From NCBI GenBank assembly GCA_021781935.1, contig JAJXVW010000001.1, forward strand, positions 1 to 28,077: a stretch of 28,077 nucleotides of DNA, given 5' to 3'. This document shows, piece after piece, positions 1 through 6,847 of the stretch. How positions within the stretch are numbered: position 1 is the stretch's first letter; each line of letters begins with the position of its first letter. The notes beneath the pieces were generated by a model. The model was not told the DNA's origin. It saw only the letters and a program-made list of their open reading frames with translations, and did not search any database. Origin of the DNA: a bacterium (GTDB lineage Bacteria; Patescibacteriota; Minisyncoccia; Phycocordibacterales; Phycocordibacteraceae). The position numbers were made by a program, and so were the translations under genes.

Positions 1-1
1 A

Positions 2-58
2 TTTTCGAGCGACGCTTCGGCGCTTGAGACGATCATCCTGAACGCGATCGGGGCGTGA
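2..58 (+). CDS. 3' end of an upstream gene, truncated by the window edge (…FSSDASALETIILNAIGA*)
   Basis: Open frame from the window start to TGA at 56-58, converging on the mscS stop. Too short to identify. Confidence 0.3.
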   Translation, partial: FSSDASALETIILNAIGA

Positions 59-60
59 GG

Positions 61-1107
61 CTACGCTTTCGCGGTGTAGATCATGCGCGTCGGATAGGCG
101 AACGAGACCTTCTCCTGCGCGAATAGTTCGACGAGTCCGAGATTTATCTCCTGTTGCCGGTCCATGTACTGGTTGTAGTCGGCGCTGGTCACGTAATAGA
201 CCATCTGGAAATCGAGCGATGATGCGCCGAATCCGGCGAAGTGCACCCGATCCACGCGGATACCCTCGATGTTCGAGAGCATCTTTCTTATAAGCGGCGG
301 GAGGGCGGCGAGCGTCGGCGCCGGGGTCTCGTACGTGATTCCGAAATCCATCTGGATGCGACGTTCCCGCATGCGCTTGTAGTTGTGTACGCGTGCGGAC
401 GTCAGGTCGCGATTCGCTATGGAGATCTCCTCGCCCGTGAGCGCCGCGAGCCGCGTGGTCTTTATGCCGACGCGCTCGACGGTTCCCATCTCAGCGCCCA
501 CGATGATGAAATCACCTGCCTCGAACGGCTTATCGAGATAAATCGCGAATGAACTGAAGAGGTCGGCGAGGATGTTTTGCAGGGCGAACGCGATCGCGAT
601 GCCGCCTATGCCGAGCCCTGCTATCAGGGAGGTGATGTTTATGCCGACGTTCTGCAGGAGCAGGAGGAATGCGAATATCCAGAGGCAGATGTTCCCCATC
701 ACGATGAGCAGGTGTCGTGCGGCGCGCTCGCCTTCGTTCTTCACGCCGCGAGTGAGGATAAGCTCGAGCGCCTTCGAAGCGGCGCGCACGGCAAAATAGA
801 GCACCCAAGCGAGCATGAGTCCGTTCACGATGGCGACGACGATATCCGGCAGCGAAAGCATCTTGATGCCGATGTAAAGCGAGAGGAACCAGTAGAATGG
901 CGGTCGTATCGCCGTAACCATGGTAAGAATCGCGTCGTCTATCGTGTTGGCTGAGCTGACCGTCCACTGCTCGAACCGCCATATAAGCAACTTCTGTATC
1001 CACGAGAAGATGACTGCCGACACTACGGCCGCAAAGAGCGCCCAGAAGTATTGGGAGAGCGGATTCCCGAAATACGATGCAGAAAGGTTTAACGGTAACG
1101 GGGCCAT
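61..1107 (-). CDS. mscS: Small-conductance mechanosensitive channel (MscS family)
   Basis: Several TM helices, then family motifs: GLGIGGIAIAFALQNILADLFSS, DKPFEAGDFI, GTVERVGIKTT, FAGFGASSLDF, FAYPTR. Confidence 0.93.
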   Translation of the reverse strand: MAPLPLNLSASYFGNPLSQYFWALFAAVVSAVIFSWIQKLLIWRFEQWTVSSANTIDDAILTMVTAIRPPFYWFLSLYIGIKMLSLPDIVVAIVNGLMLAWVLYFAVRAASKALELILTRGVKNEGERAARHLLIVMGNICLWIFAFLLLLQNVGINITSLIAGLGIGGIAIAFALQNILADLFSSFAIYLDKPFEAGDFIIVGAEMGTVERVGIKTTRLAALTGEEISIANRDLTSARVHNYKRMRERRIQMDFGITYETPAPTLAALPPLIRKMLSNIEGIRVDRVHFAGFGASSLDFQMVYYVTSADYNQYMDRQQEINLGLVELFAQEKVSFAYPTRMIYTAKA

Positions 1108-1171
1108 ACTCTTGGTGTAGGCGACCGCGACGGATGTGTCAACCGCCTAAACCTGCTAGGATTCCTCTGCA

Positions 1172-1242
1172 CGGGCCGGCGTATGACGGTAGTACGCATC
1201 CTTTGGGAGGATGTTGACCGAGTTCGACTCTCGGCGGCCCGA
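1172..1242 (+). tRNA. trnP: tRNA-Pro(UGG), no encoded CCA, atypical core (G8, G14)
   Basis: Hand-folded cloverleaf: acceptor CGGGCCG/CGGCCCG plus A73, D stem GTAT/GTAC, anticodon stem CATCC/GGATG with loop TTTGGGA, T arm CCGAG-TTCGACT-CTCGG. Confidence 0.85.
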
Positions 1243-1244
1243 TA

Positions 1245-1640
1245 TCACACGATCTGCGGCAGATACCGCACGTATGCCCGCCCGTCCCGCTTCCGCAGCC
1301 AGACGAGGACCGCGTCCACCTGCCACTCGTTCTCGAGGTCACGTTCGGCCATGTACCACTCGGCGGTCCGCGCCACTTTCCGGATTTTCGCCTCGTGCAG
1401 GTTCACTGAAGGATCGTACTCATCGAGCGTGTGCTGTTCTCCGGGAAACGCCTCGCAGGCGATCGTCTTCACCTCGACGAAGTGCATGATCTTGTCTTTG
1501 CGCGCGATGAGATCGATCTCACCCGTCTTACGGGCCACATTATGCGCCACAATGAGAAAGCCGTGCCGATGGAGATACTCCGCAGCGACTTTTTCGCCGA
1601 GATCCCCAAGTTCTTTTCGGCTTTGACCGAAAAGTTTCAT
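1245..1640 (-). CDS. yraN: YraN/UPF0102 family putative endonuclease
   Basis: LGDLGEKVAAEYL, GEIDLIA and HFVEVKT motifs (PD-(D/E)xK-like). Confidence 0.9.
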   Translation of the reverse strand: MKLFGQSRKELGDLGEKVAAEYLHRHGFLIVAHNVARKTGEIDLIARKDKIMHFVEVKTIACEAFPGEQHTLDEYDPSVNLHEAKIRKVARTAEWYMAERDLENEWQVDAVLVWLRKRDGRAYVRYLPQIV

Positions 1641-1714
1641 GGCTTTAATGATAACAGCGCAGAATGGGAGTATTTCTCGGGATTCGGCGAAAAAGTAGAC
1701 AAAAGGTCAGTCCT

Positions 1715-1743
1715 TTATCCCCATATCCACTCTTTTATCAACA
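1715..1743 (+). promoter_or_regulatory. Three DnaA-box-like 9-mers (TTATCCCCA, ATATCCACT, TTATCAACA)
   Basis: 1715-1723, 1723-1731 and 1735-1743 differ from TTATCCACA by 1, 2 and 1 nt, in an AT-richer intergenic gap. Confidence 0.45.
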
Positions 1744-1757
1744 GGCATGCAATGGGC

Positions 1758-1805
1758 TTTTATAGCGCAAAAACGGCTCAGAAGGGCCGTTTTTGCGCTA
1801 TAAAA
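1758..1805. terminator. Perfect 20-bp inverted repeat; bidirectional terminator-like or cruciform
   Basis: TTTTATAGCGCAAAAACGGC, 8-nt spacer, GCCGTTTTTGCGCTATAAAA, just downstream of tRNA-Gly. Confidence 0.65.
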
Positions 1806-1874
1806 CTGATCGTTCCGTCAAAATCCTTTCGTGAACTCTTGCGGGTATGAGGAATACCTTCCCTGCTCTCCTTT

Positions 1875-1948
1875 TGGTGCGGCCACCGAGAATCGAACTC
1901 GGGTCTCGTCCTTGGCAAGGACGCGTTCTACCACTAAACCATGGCCGC
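1875..1948 (-). tRNA. trnG: tRNA-Gly(GCC) with encoded CCA
   Basis: Reverse complement GCGGCCATGGTTTAGTGGTAGAACGCGTCCTTGCCAAGGACGAGACCCGAGTTCGATTCTCGGTGGCCGCACCA folds as a canonical cloverleaf. Confidence 0.97.
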
Positions 1949-1959
1949 CTGACCAGCCC

Positions 1960-2655
1960 TTATGAGAGGTCGGGAGATATAGTTGCATAATATTCCCATT
2001 TCATCAATTCCTGTGGAAGAAGTTCCATCCACACGAGCATCTTTCGCTTCAGATACACGCTTGAAGCGGTGATCGTGCAGACGCCCCAGGTAAGCCGACG
2101 CGTCTGGCGCCTGCCCTTCACGCGCACACTCTTTGAGAACTTCCCCCAGGGCATCCCGGACTTCTGAGCCCAATAGGCTCTGCACACTTTTTCCTCAAGA
2201 TCAGGGTAAAGCAGGAGGTGGCCAGTAATCCTATCTTCTGGAACGCCACACACCTCGCGTAAGAAGAAATAGAACAAGCGTATCAGTGCAGGATCGGAGC
2301 TTGAAAGCTGGACATTAGTCCGTGGGCTCTTTGCCCCTTCTCTCCAGTACAACAGTACGCCCGCTATGAACGCGGGGTGATATTTCAGATTTTCAAATTC
2401 CGCACGCGCTTCGGATTCGGCGGTCTCGTAGGCGCGCTTGAGCTGTTGCCCGCGCACCCGGCTCAGTTCTTGGAGACGCACTGCACCCTCTTCGGCTGAG
2501 ATACGCGCGAGTCGGTGCCGTACATTCCTCGACCAATCAAGATCCTTGAACCAATCAGACAGCGTTGCTCTCGGGATTTGTAATGCCGCATGGATCTCTA
2601 GGTAGCTTTTACCCTGATTCCGCATGCGGGTAGCTATTTCCTTATCTTTTCGCAT
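1960..2655 (-). CDS. Hypothetical protein: N-terminal HTH plus degenerate LAGLIDADG-like domain
   Basis: HTH-like N-terminus (GKSYLEIHAALQIPRATLSDWF); LAGLIDADG-like helix FIAGVLLYWREG followed by LSSSDPALIRLF; TGG-TATACT -10 box 7 nt before the ATG. Domain call is pattern recognition only. Confidence 0.7.
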   Translation of the reverse strand: MRKDKEIATRMRNQGKSYLEIHAALQIPRATLSDWFKDLDWSRNVRHRLARISAEEGAVRLQELSRVRGQQLKRAYETAESEARAEFENLKYHPAFIAGVLLYWREGAKSPRTNVQLSSSDPALIRLFYFFLREVCGVPEDRITGHLLLYPDLEEKVCRAYWAQKSGMPWGKFSKSVRVKGRRQTRRLTWGVCTITASSVYLKRKMLVWMELLPQELMKWEYYATISPDLS

Positions 2656-2728
2656 CCTGTCCAGTATACCAAAAGGAGTCCGGAAATGAGGCGTGCAAGT
2701 AGATAAGAATTAGGTGGATGAATTCGTG

Positions 2729-2800
2729 TGCCCCGGCCAGGACTCGAACCCAGAATAACTGTTCCGAAGACAGTCGTGATATCCATTTCACCACCGGGGC
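2729..2800 (-). tRNA. trnR: tRNA-Arg(UCG), no encoded CCA
   Basis: Reverse complement GCCCCGG TG GTGA AATGGATA TCAC G ACTGT CTTCGGA ACAGT TATT CTGGG TTCGAGT CCTGG CCGGGGC A. Confidence 0.95.
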
Positions 2801-2851
2801 GCACATGGACAATACCACAGAAATGCCGTGTTTTTATGCTAGGATTCCGCT

Positions 2852-4315
2852 ATGCAATTCCGCGTTCCGGAGGAGGTCAGTAAAGTTTCAGGGACGCTGA
2901 GGACGGCCGGGTACGAGGCGTATCTCGTGGGCGGCTGCGTCCGCGATCTCCTCATCGGTCGGGAGCCGAAAGATTGGGATGTGACGACCAACGCCACCCC
3001 CGAGCAGATGCAGGCCCTGTTCCCCGAGTCCTTTTATGAGAATGACTACGGTACCGTGGGCGTGAAAACCGGGTCTGGAGACGAACGAACCGAGATAATC
3101 GAGGCGACTCCCTACCGCCTTGAGTCTGAATACTCTGACCGTCGTCGGCCGGACACGGTCGCATTCGGGACTTCGCTGCTGGAGGACCTTGCTCGGCGCG
3201 ACTTCACCATCAATGCGATAGCTCTCGATGAGTCAAAAGGACAAATCGTGGATCCATATGAGGGACAAAGGGACATAAAGGACAAGATACTCCGCACGGT
3301 GGGTAATCCTACGGAGCGCTTTGGCGAGGATGCGCTGCGCATGATGCGCGCCGTTCGACTTGTTGCCGAGCTGGGGTTCGGGATCGATGGCGATACGGCG
3401 GCGGCAATTGCCAATAATAGTAAGCATTTAGGCCATGTTTCACGTGAAAGAATTCGTGATGAGTTTGTGCGCATCCTAAAGTCTAGCCAACCCATGGAGG
3501 CGCTCGTCCTCTGTAACCGACTGGGACTGCTTGAGTTCATCGTTCCGGATCTCATTCGCGGCATTGGTGTGAGCCAGAACCAAGCGCATTCCTATGATGT
3601 CTTTGAACATAATCTCCGCACGATGCAGCACGCCGCGGATAAGGGCTGGTCCTTCGATATTCGTCTTGCTGGGCTTTACCACGACATCTCGAAGCCCGAG
3701 ACCCGACGCTGGTCGGACGAAAAGAGGGACTGGACCTTTCATGGACATGACGTGGTTGGTTCACGTGTAACAAAGAAGGCACTCGAAGACCTACGCTTTT
3801 CACGCGAAGCAATCGAAAAGATCGTCAAGCTAGTCCGTTGGCACATGTTCTTCTCGGACCCGGACCAAGTGACTTTGTCCGCGGTACGCCGAATTATAAC
3901 GAATGTAGGCACCGAGAATATCGACGATCTCCTCAAGCTCCGTATCTGTGACAGAATCGGAACTGGTCGGCCAAAAGAGCAGCCGTTTCGGCTCCGTAAA
4001 TACATGGCCATGGTAGACCAGGCGCTTCGCGATCCAATTTCAGTCGCAATGCTGAAGACTGATGGGAATCGCATCATGGAGACGTTCCACGAGAAACCTG
4101 GGCCAAAGATTGGCTTCCTGCTCCATGCGCTCCTCGAAGAGGTTCTCGATGATCCAACGCGAAATACGGAGCAATATCTCGATGCGCGCACTGAGGAACT
4201 CCGTAAGCTTCCCGCTGCCGAGCTTAAGGCACTCGGGGAAGCCGGTAAGAAGGCACGTGAAAAGCGTGAGGACGAGGAAGTCAGGGCAATAATGGAGCGG
4301 CACCACGTCTGCTAA
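2852..4315 (+). CDS. cca: tRNA nucleotidyltransferase (CCA-adding/poly(A) polymerase family) with HD domain
   Basis: LVGGCVRDLL, KDWDVTT, RRDFTINA, EDALRMMRAVR, SRERIRDE and LYHDISKP motifs. Confidence 0.92.
   Translation: MQFRVPEEVSKVSGTLRTAGYEAYLVGGCVRDLLIGREPKDWDVTTNATPEQMQALFPESFYENDYGTVGVKTGSGDERTEIIEATPYRLESEYSDRRRPDTVAFGTSLLEDLARRDFTINAIALDESKGQIVDPYEGQRDIKDKILRTVGNPTERFGEDALRMMRAVRLVAELGFGIDGDTAAAIANNSKHLGHVSRERIRDEFVRILKSSQPMEALVLCNRLGLLEFIVPDLIRGIGVSQNQAHSYDVFEHNLRTMQHAADKGWSFDIRLAGLYHDISKPETRRWSDEKRDWTFHGHDVVGSRVTKKALEDLRFSREAIEKIVKLVRWHMFFSDPDQVTLSAVRRIITNVGTENIDDLLKLRICDRIGTGRPKEQPFRLRKYMAMVDQALRDPISVAMLKTDGNRIMETFHEKPGPKIGFLLHALLEEVLDDPTRNTEQYLDARTEELRKLPAAELKALGEAGKKAREKREDEEVRAIMERHHVC
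3436..3451. promoter_or_regulatory. parS-like site inside cca (TGTTTCACGTGAAAGA)
   Basis: One mismatch to the ParB/Spo0J consensus TGTTNCACGTGNAACA. Confidence 0.6.
3757..3772. promoter_or_regulatory. parS-like site inside cca (TGGTTCACGTGTAACA)
   Basis: Reverse complement TGTTACACGTGAACCA has one mismatch to the consensus. Confidence 0.6.
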
Positions 4316-4324
4316 AGCTGAATT

Positions 4325-4377
4325 TGTTACACGCGAAACAATCAGTCAGGTGGGGAGCAATCGTTTCGCGTGTAACA
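4325..4377. promoter_or_regulatory. Two inverted parS-like sites (TGTTACACGCGAAACA 4325-4340; CGTTTCGCGTGTAACA 4362-4377)
   Basis: 1 and 2 mismatches to the consensus; together they form a perfect 15-bp inverted repeat. Confidence 0.6.
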
Positions 4378-4403
4378 TTACTATGTGAAACTACTATAGA
4401 GAA

Positions 4404-4726
4404 ATAAGAAGACCGCCCAAGGTTGGCTAGGCGGCGAAAGAGCGGGGGGCTTTAATTAGTGCCTAGGCCAGGAGAAATAGGGCGGTCTCTTGAATGTGCT
4501 TCGCTGTAGCGCGAATCCTGACTCATCTTTGTAAGAGCGGATACGCCGCGATGACCGTTAGTAGGTTCGCGAACAGGAGAGCTACGGATCGGAATGTGCT
4601 AGAAGGAACAACTCGAAAGAGAGGCGCCGAAAACTCAGGGCTCATCTCTCCTCCTTCATGCAGGATACTCTCGTAAAAGACAATGTAAATACGGTAGCTG
4701 TGGATATTGTCTTTTAGGAATGTCCT
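4404..4726 (+). ncRNA. Unidentified structured RNA candidate
   Basis: No credible ORF; TACTAT -10 at 4392-4397; nested stems with bulges and G-U pairs; CTC-GAAA-GAG tetraloop; repeated GAATGT(G/C)CT linkers. Boundaries approximate. Confidence 0.55.
4675..4715. terminator. Hairpin AAAAGACAAT…ATTGTCTTTT, probable bidirectional terminator (xth and the candidate RNA)
   Basis: 10-bp inverted repeat with A/T tracts on both sides, 15 nt beyond the xth stop. Confidence 0.5.
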
Positions 4727-4730
4727 TTAT

Positions 4731-5528
4731 TTATTCCAAATCGAGTGAGACAGGGCAGTGATCGGAGCCCATGATTTCAGGATGGATGTCCGCACGTTTC
4801 AAGTGCTTTGCGAGCGCTGCGCTCGCGAATATGTAATCGATGCGCCACCCTACATTACGCTCGCGAGCATGCTGCCAGTGGCTCCACCAGGTGTATTTTT
4901 CAGGTTCGTTCGGGTGGAAATGGCGGAACGTGTCGATAAAACCGGCCGTTTCCATCTTATCCGCTCCTTCGCGTTCTTCCTTTGTGTAGCCATGCTCTCC
5001 TTCGTTCTGCTTCGGGTGAGCGAGATCGATGGGGTGGTGGGCGACGTTCAGATCGCCGCAGAAAATAACGGGTTTTTCCTCCTCGAGGCGCTTCATGTAG
5101 GTAAGGAAGGCAGGATCCCACTGCTTGTGGCGCAATGGAAGCCGGGATAGGTCGTCTTTAGAATTCGGGGTATATACCGAGACTATCCATATCTTTCCCG
5201 TGTCGAGCGCGATGACACGACCTTCTTCGTTCAGGTCGCCATAGCCATCATCGTCGAGCTTGTACTTCTTCGCGATATCTTCCGGGATGCCGTAAAGGAC
5301 ATTCTCCGGCGTCCCCTTGTAAAAGATGGCCGTGCCGCTGTAGCCTTTCTTCTTGGCCGAATTCCAGAATTCTTCGTACTCAGGGAGATCGATAGGGGAC
5401 TGGTGCTGCTCAGCCTTCGTCTCCTGGAGGCAGACGACGTCCGGCTTGAGTTTCTTCAGGAAGGGAGCGAATTCTCCCTTCTTGCATACGGCTCGGATGC
5501 CGTTCACGTTCCACGAAACGATTCGCAT
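4731..5528 (-). CDS. xth: Exodeoxyribonuclease III / AP endonuclease
   Basis: MRIVSWNVNGIRA, CLQETK, EGRVI, CGDLNVAH, GWRIDY and GSDHCPV motifs. Confidence 0.96.
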   Translation of the reverse strand: MRIVSWNVNGIRAVCKKGEFAPFLKKLKPDVVCLQETKAEQHQSPIDLPEYEEFWNSAKKKGYSGTAIFYKGTPENVLYGIPEDIAKKYKLDDDGYGDLNEEGRVIALDTGKIWIVSVYTPNSKDDLSRLPLRHKQWDPAFLTYMKRLEEEKPVIFCGDLNVAHHPIDLAHPKQNEGEHGYTKEEREGADKMETAGFIDTFRHFHPNEPEKYTWWSHWQHARERNVGWRIDYIFASAALAKHLKRADIHPEIMGSDHCPVSLDLE

Positions 5529-5559
5529 GTGCGCATTCTAACGCAAAATAATGATGAAG

Positions 5560-5594
5560 AAGCTCCGACAGAAGCCAGAGCCTCTTCGGAGCTT
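5560..5594 (-). terminator. Intrinsic terminator after the small Cys-rich ORF
   Basis: AAGCTCCGA/TCGGAGCTT 9-bp stem, followed on the minus strand by a U-rich tail (TCTTCATCATTATTTTG). Confidence 0.55.
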
Positions 5595-5727
5595 ATGAGT
5601 GTGTGCGCGTCGAGTCTTGGTGCGACCGGTAGCACTGCCGGCATAGGCTGTGCTCATTGTCGGAAATACGCCCGCCGCGTCTTTTCAAAATCACGATAAA
5701 TCGCCCGCATTCGCAGTAGCGCGACAT
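5593..5727 (-). CDS. Small Cys-rich protein (44 aa; CxC…CxxC), putative Zn-binding; absent from the ORF track
   Basis: MSRYCECGRFIVILKRRGGRISDNEHSLCRQCYRSHQDSTRTHS*; perfect SD AGGAGGT 4 nt upstream; terminator immediately downstream. Confidence 0.6.
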   Translation of the reverse strand: MSRYCECGRFIVILKRRGGRISDNEHSLCRQCYRSHQDSTRTHS

Positions 5728-5790
5728 GGGAACCTCCTTTCATCCATAACCTCCTGTCCCCGCTATATCTATAGCACAAACGTAGGAGCA

Positions 5791-6705
5791 TTACCGTTTC
5801 GAATGGAAGCGCTTATGGATCTCGCGCAGGTGAGCGTCGGTGACGTGTGTGTAGATCTGGGTCGTATTGATCGACGCATGGCCCAGGAGCTGTTGTACGG
5901 AACGGATGTCCGCACCGTTCGAGAGGAGGTCGGTTGCGAAGGAATGACGCAGTACGTGCGGCGTTACCTTCTTCGTAATGCCGGCCATTGCCGCGTACTT
6001 TTTGATATGCCGCTGGATATCACGGGGCGTGATGCGGTGAAGCGACTTGGGGCGGCCGTCGACGAAGAGCGCTTCCTCCATGTCCGTGCGGGCTTTCAGA
6101 TAGGCGCGCACGGCCTCCTTTGCTGAATCTGAAAGGAATACGACCCGGACTTTCTCGCCCTTGCCGCGCACCGAGAGGTCATCGCGCGCGAGGTCGAGGT
6201 CGCTGTCGAGGCCGCAGAGTTCGGAAACGCGCAATCCGGTAGAGAAGAGGAGCTCAAGAATAGCCCTATCGCGCAGGAGAGCGAGCCGTTTCCACTCGTC
6301 CTTCTCGGTAACCAGCGCTTTTGCGGGAGCTCCCATAAGACGGTCAAGTTCCGAGTTTGAGATGAGGTCGAGATGGCGTTCGGGCAGCTTCGCGAGCTCG
6401 ATGCGTTCCGGGGATATGCCGTCGACCCCGCGTTTCCGAAGGAATTTGAGGAAGGCGCGTAGTGCGATCATGTAATAGTTCTGGGTGCGGCGCTTCATCG
6501 AGTCGCGCCCGGAACCGGGCTGGCGGTTCAACCACATGCGGAAGTCGCGGATGTTCTGTTCAGAGATGTCCGCAACCTTCCGTATCTCCATCTGCGCAAA
6601 ATAGCGGGTGAGATAGCGATCGTAGTTTTCGACCGTCTTCACGGCGCGACCGCGCTCGATTTCTATGTATTCGAGAAACTGGCGTTTCGCTGACTCGGCG
6701 TCCAT
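5791..6705 (-). CDS. xerC: Tyrosine recombinase, XerC/XerD family (likely start MDAES…, not 6909)
   Basis: Full catalytic set: STGLRVSEL, VRGKG, HVLRHSFAT, LLGH, TQIYTH. TGT-TATCCT -10 box 7 nt before ATG 6705. XerC versus XerD not resolved. Confidence 0.88.
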   Translation of the reverse strand: MDAESAKRQFLEYIEIERGRAVKTVENYDRYLTRYFAQMEIRKVADISEQNIRDFRMWLNRQPGSGRDSMKRRTQNYYMIALRAFLKFLRKRGVDGISPERIELAKLPERHLDLISNSELDRLMGAPAKALVTEKDEWKRLALLRDRAILELLFSTGLRVSELCGLDSDLDLARDDLSVRGKGEKVRVVFLSDSAKEAVRAYLKARTDMEEALFVDGRPKSLHRITPRDIQRHIKKYAAMAGITKKVTPHVLRHSFATDLLSNGADIRSVQQLLGHASINTTQIYTHVTDAHLREIHKRFHSKR

Positions 6706-6847
6706 TGCGTTTAGGATAACACTCATATTGTGCGCACATTCACGCAATCTGAGCGGATTCGAGGGCGGCCGGGGCTGCTGTCGGCCCCGGCTGTGGGGAC
6801 TCCGGCACACTTGCGCGATTTGGCAAGGTGTGGTAAGGTTCCCGCAC

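Noticed and set aside
3796-3811. CTTTTCACGCGAAGCA as another parS site
   Set aside because: Four mismatches to the consensus; compatible with chance.
4341-4361. TCAGG…AGCA in the loop between the parS repeats, resembling SRP helix 8
   Set aside because: Only 5 nt separate the motifs; SRP needs a short stem plus a GNRA tetraloop (about 10 nt).
4434-4466. Frame AKERGALISA*, resembling a tmRNA tag
   Set aside because: No tRNA-like domain (GGGG 5' end, T arm, CCA) on either side.
4440-4525. GAGCGGGGG…TAGGGC…CGAATCC, resembling the c-di-AMP (ydaO) aptamer; GAGAG…CGCCGAA…CTCAGG (4618-4639), resembling the glycine aptamer
   Set aside because: Only short word matches. The required pairings and spacing are missing and there is no downstream sense gene to regulate. 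A covariance search should confirm.
4492-4726. GAATGT(G/C)CT repeats as a CRISPR array
   Set aside because: 9-nt repeats with 91-117-nt structured intervals and no cas genes. No CRISPR array was seen anywhere in the window.
5791-6705. Tyrosine recombinase as a prophage or island integrase
   Set aside because: Flanked by housekeeping genes, with no att repeats, phage genes or cargo. A Xer-type housekeeping role is more likely. I found no dif site.
6768-6791. GC-rich hairpin GCCGGGGC/GCCCCGGC between the xerC and rpsO promoters as an S15 autoregulatory leader
   Set aside because: It lies upstream of the rpsO -10 box, so it would not be in a leaderless rpsO mRNA. Function unknown.
6665-6847. 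Upstream extensions in the ORF track (rpsO from 6665, xerC from 6909, 15127, 22151, fusA from 22832, tuf from 25617, 27345)
   Set aside because: They overlap other genes, promoters or terminators; family N-termini and -10 spacing indicate the shorter starts.
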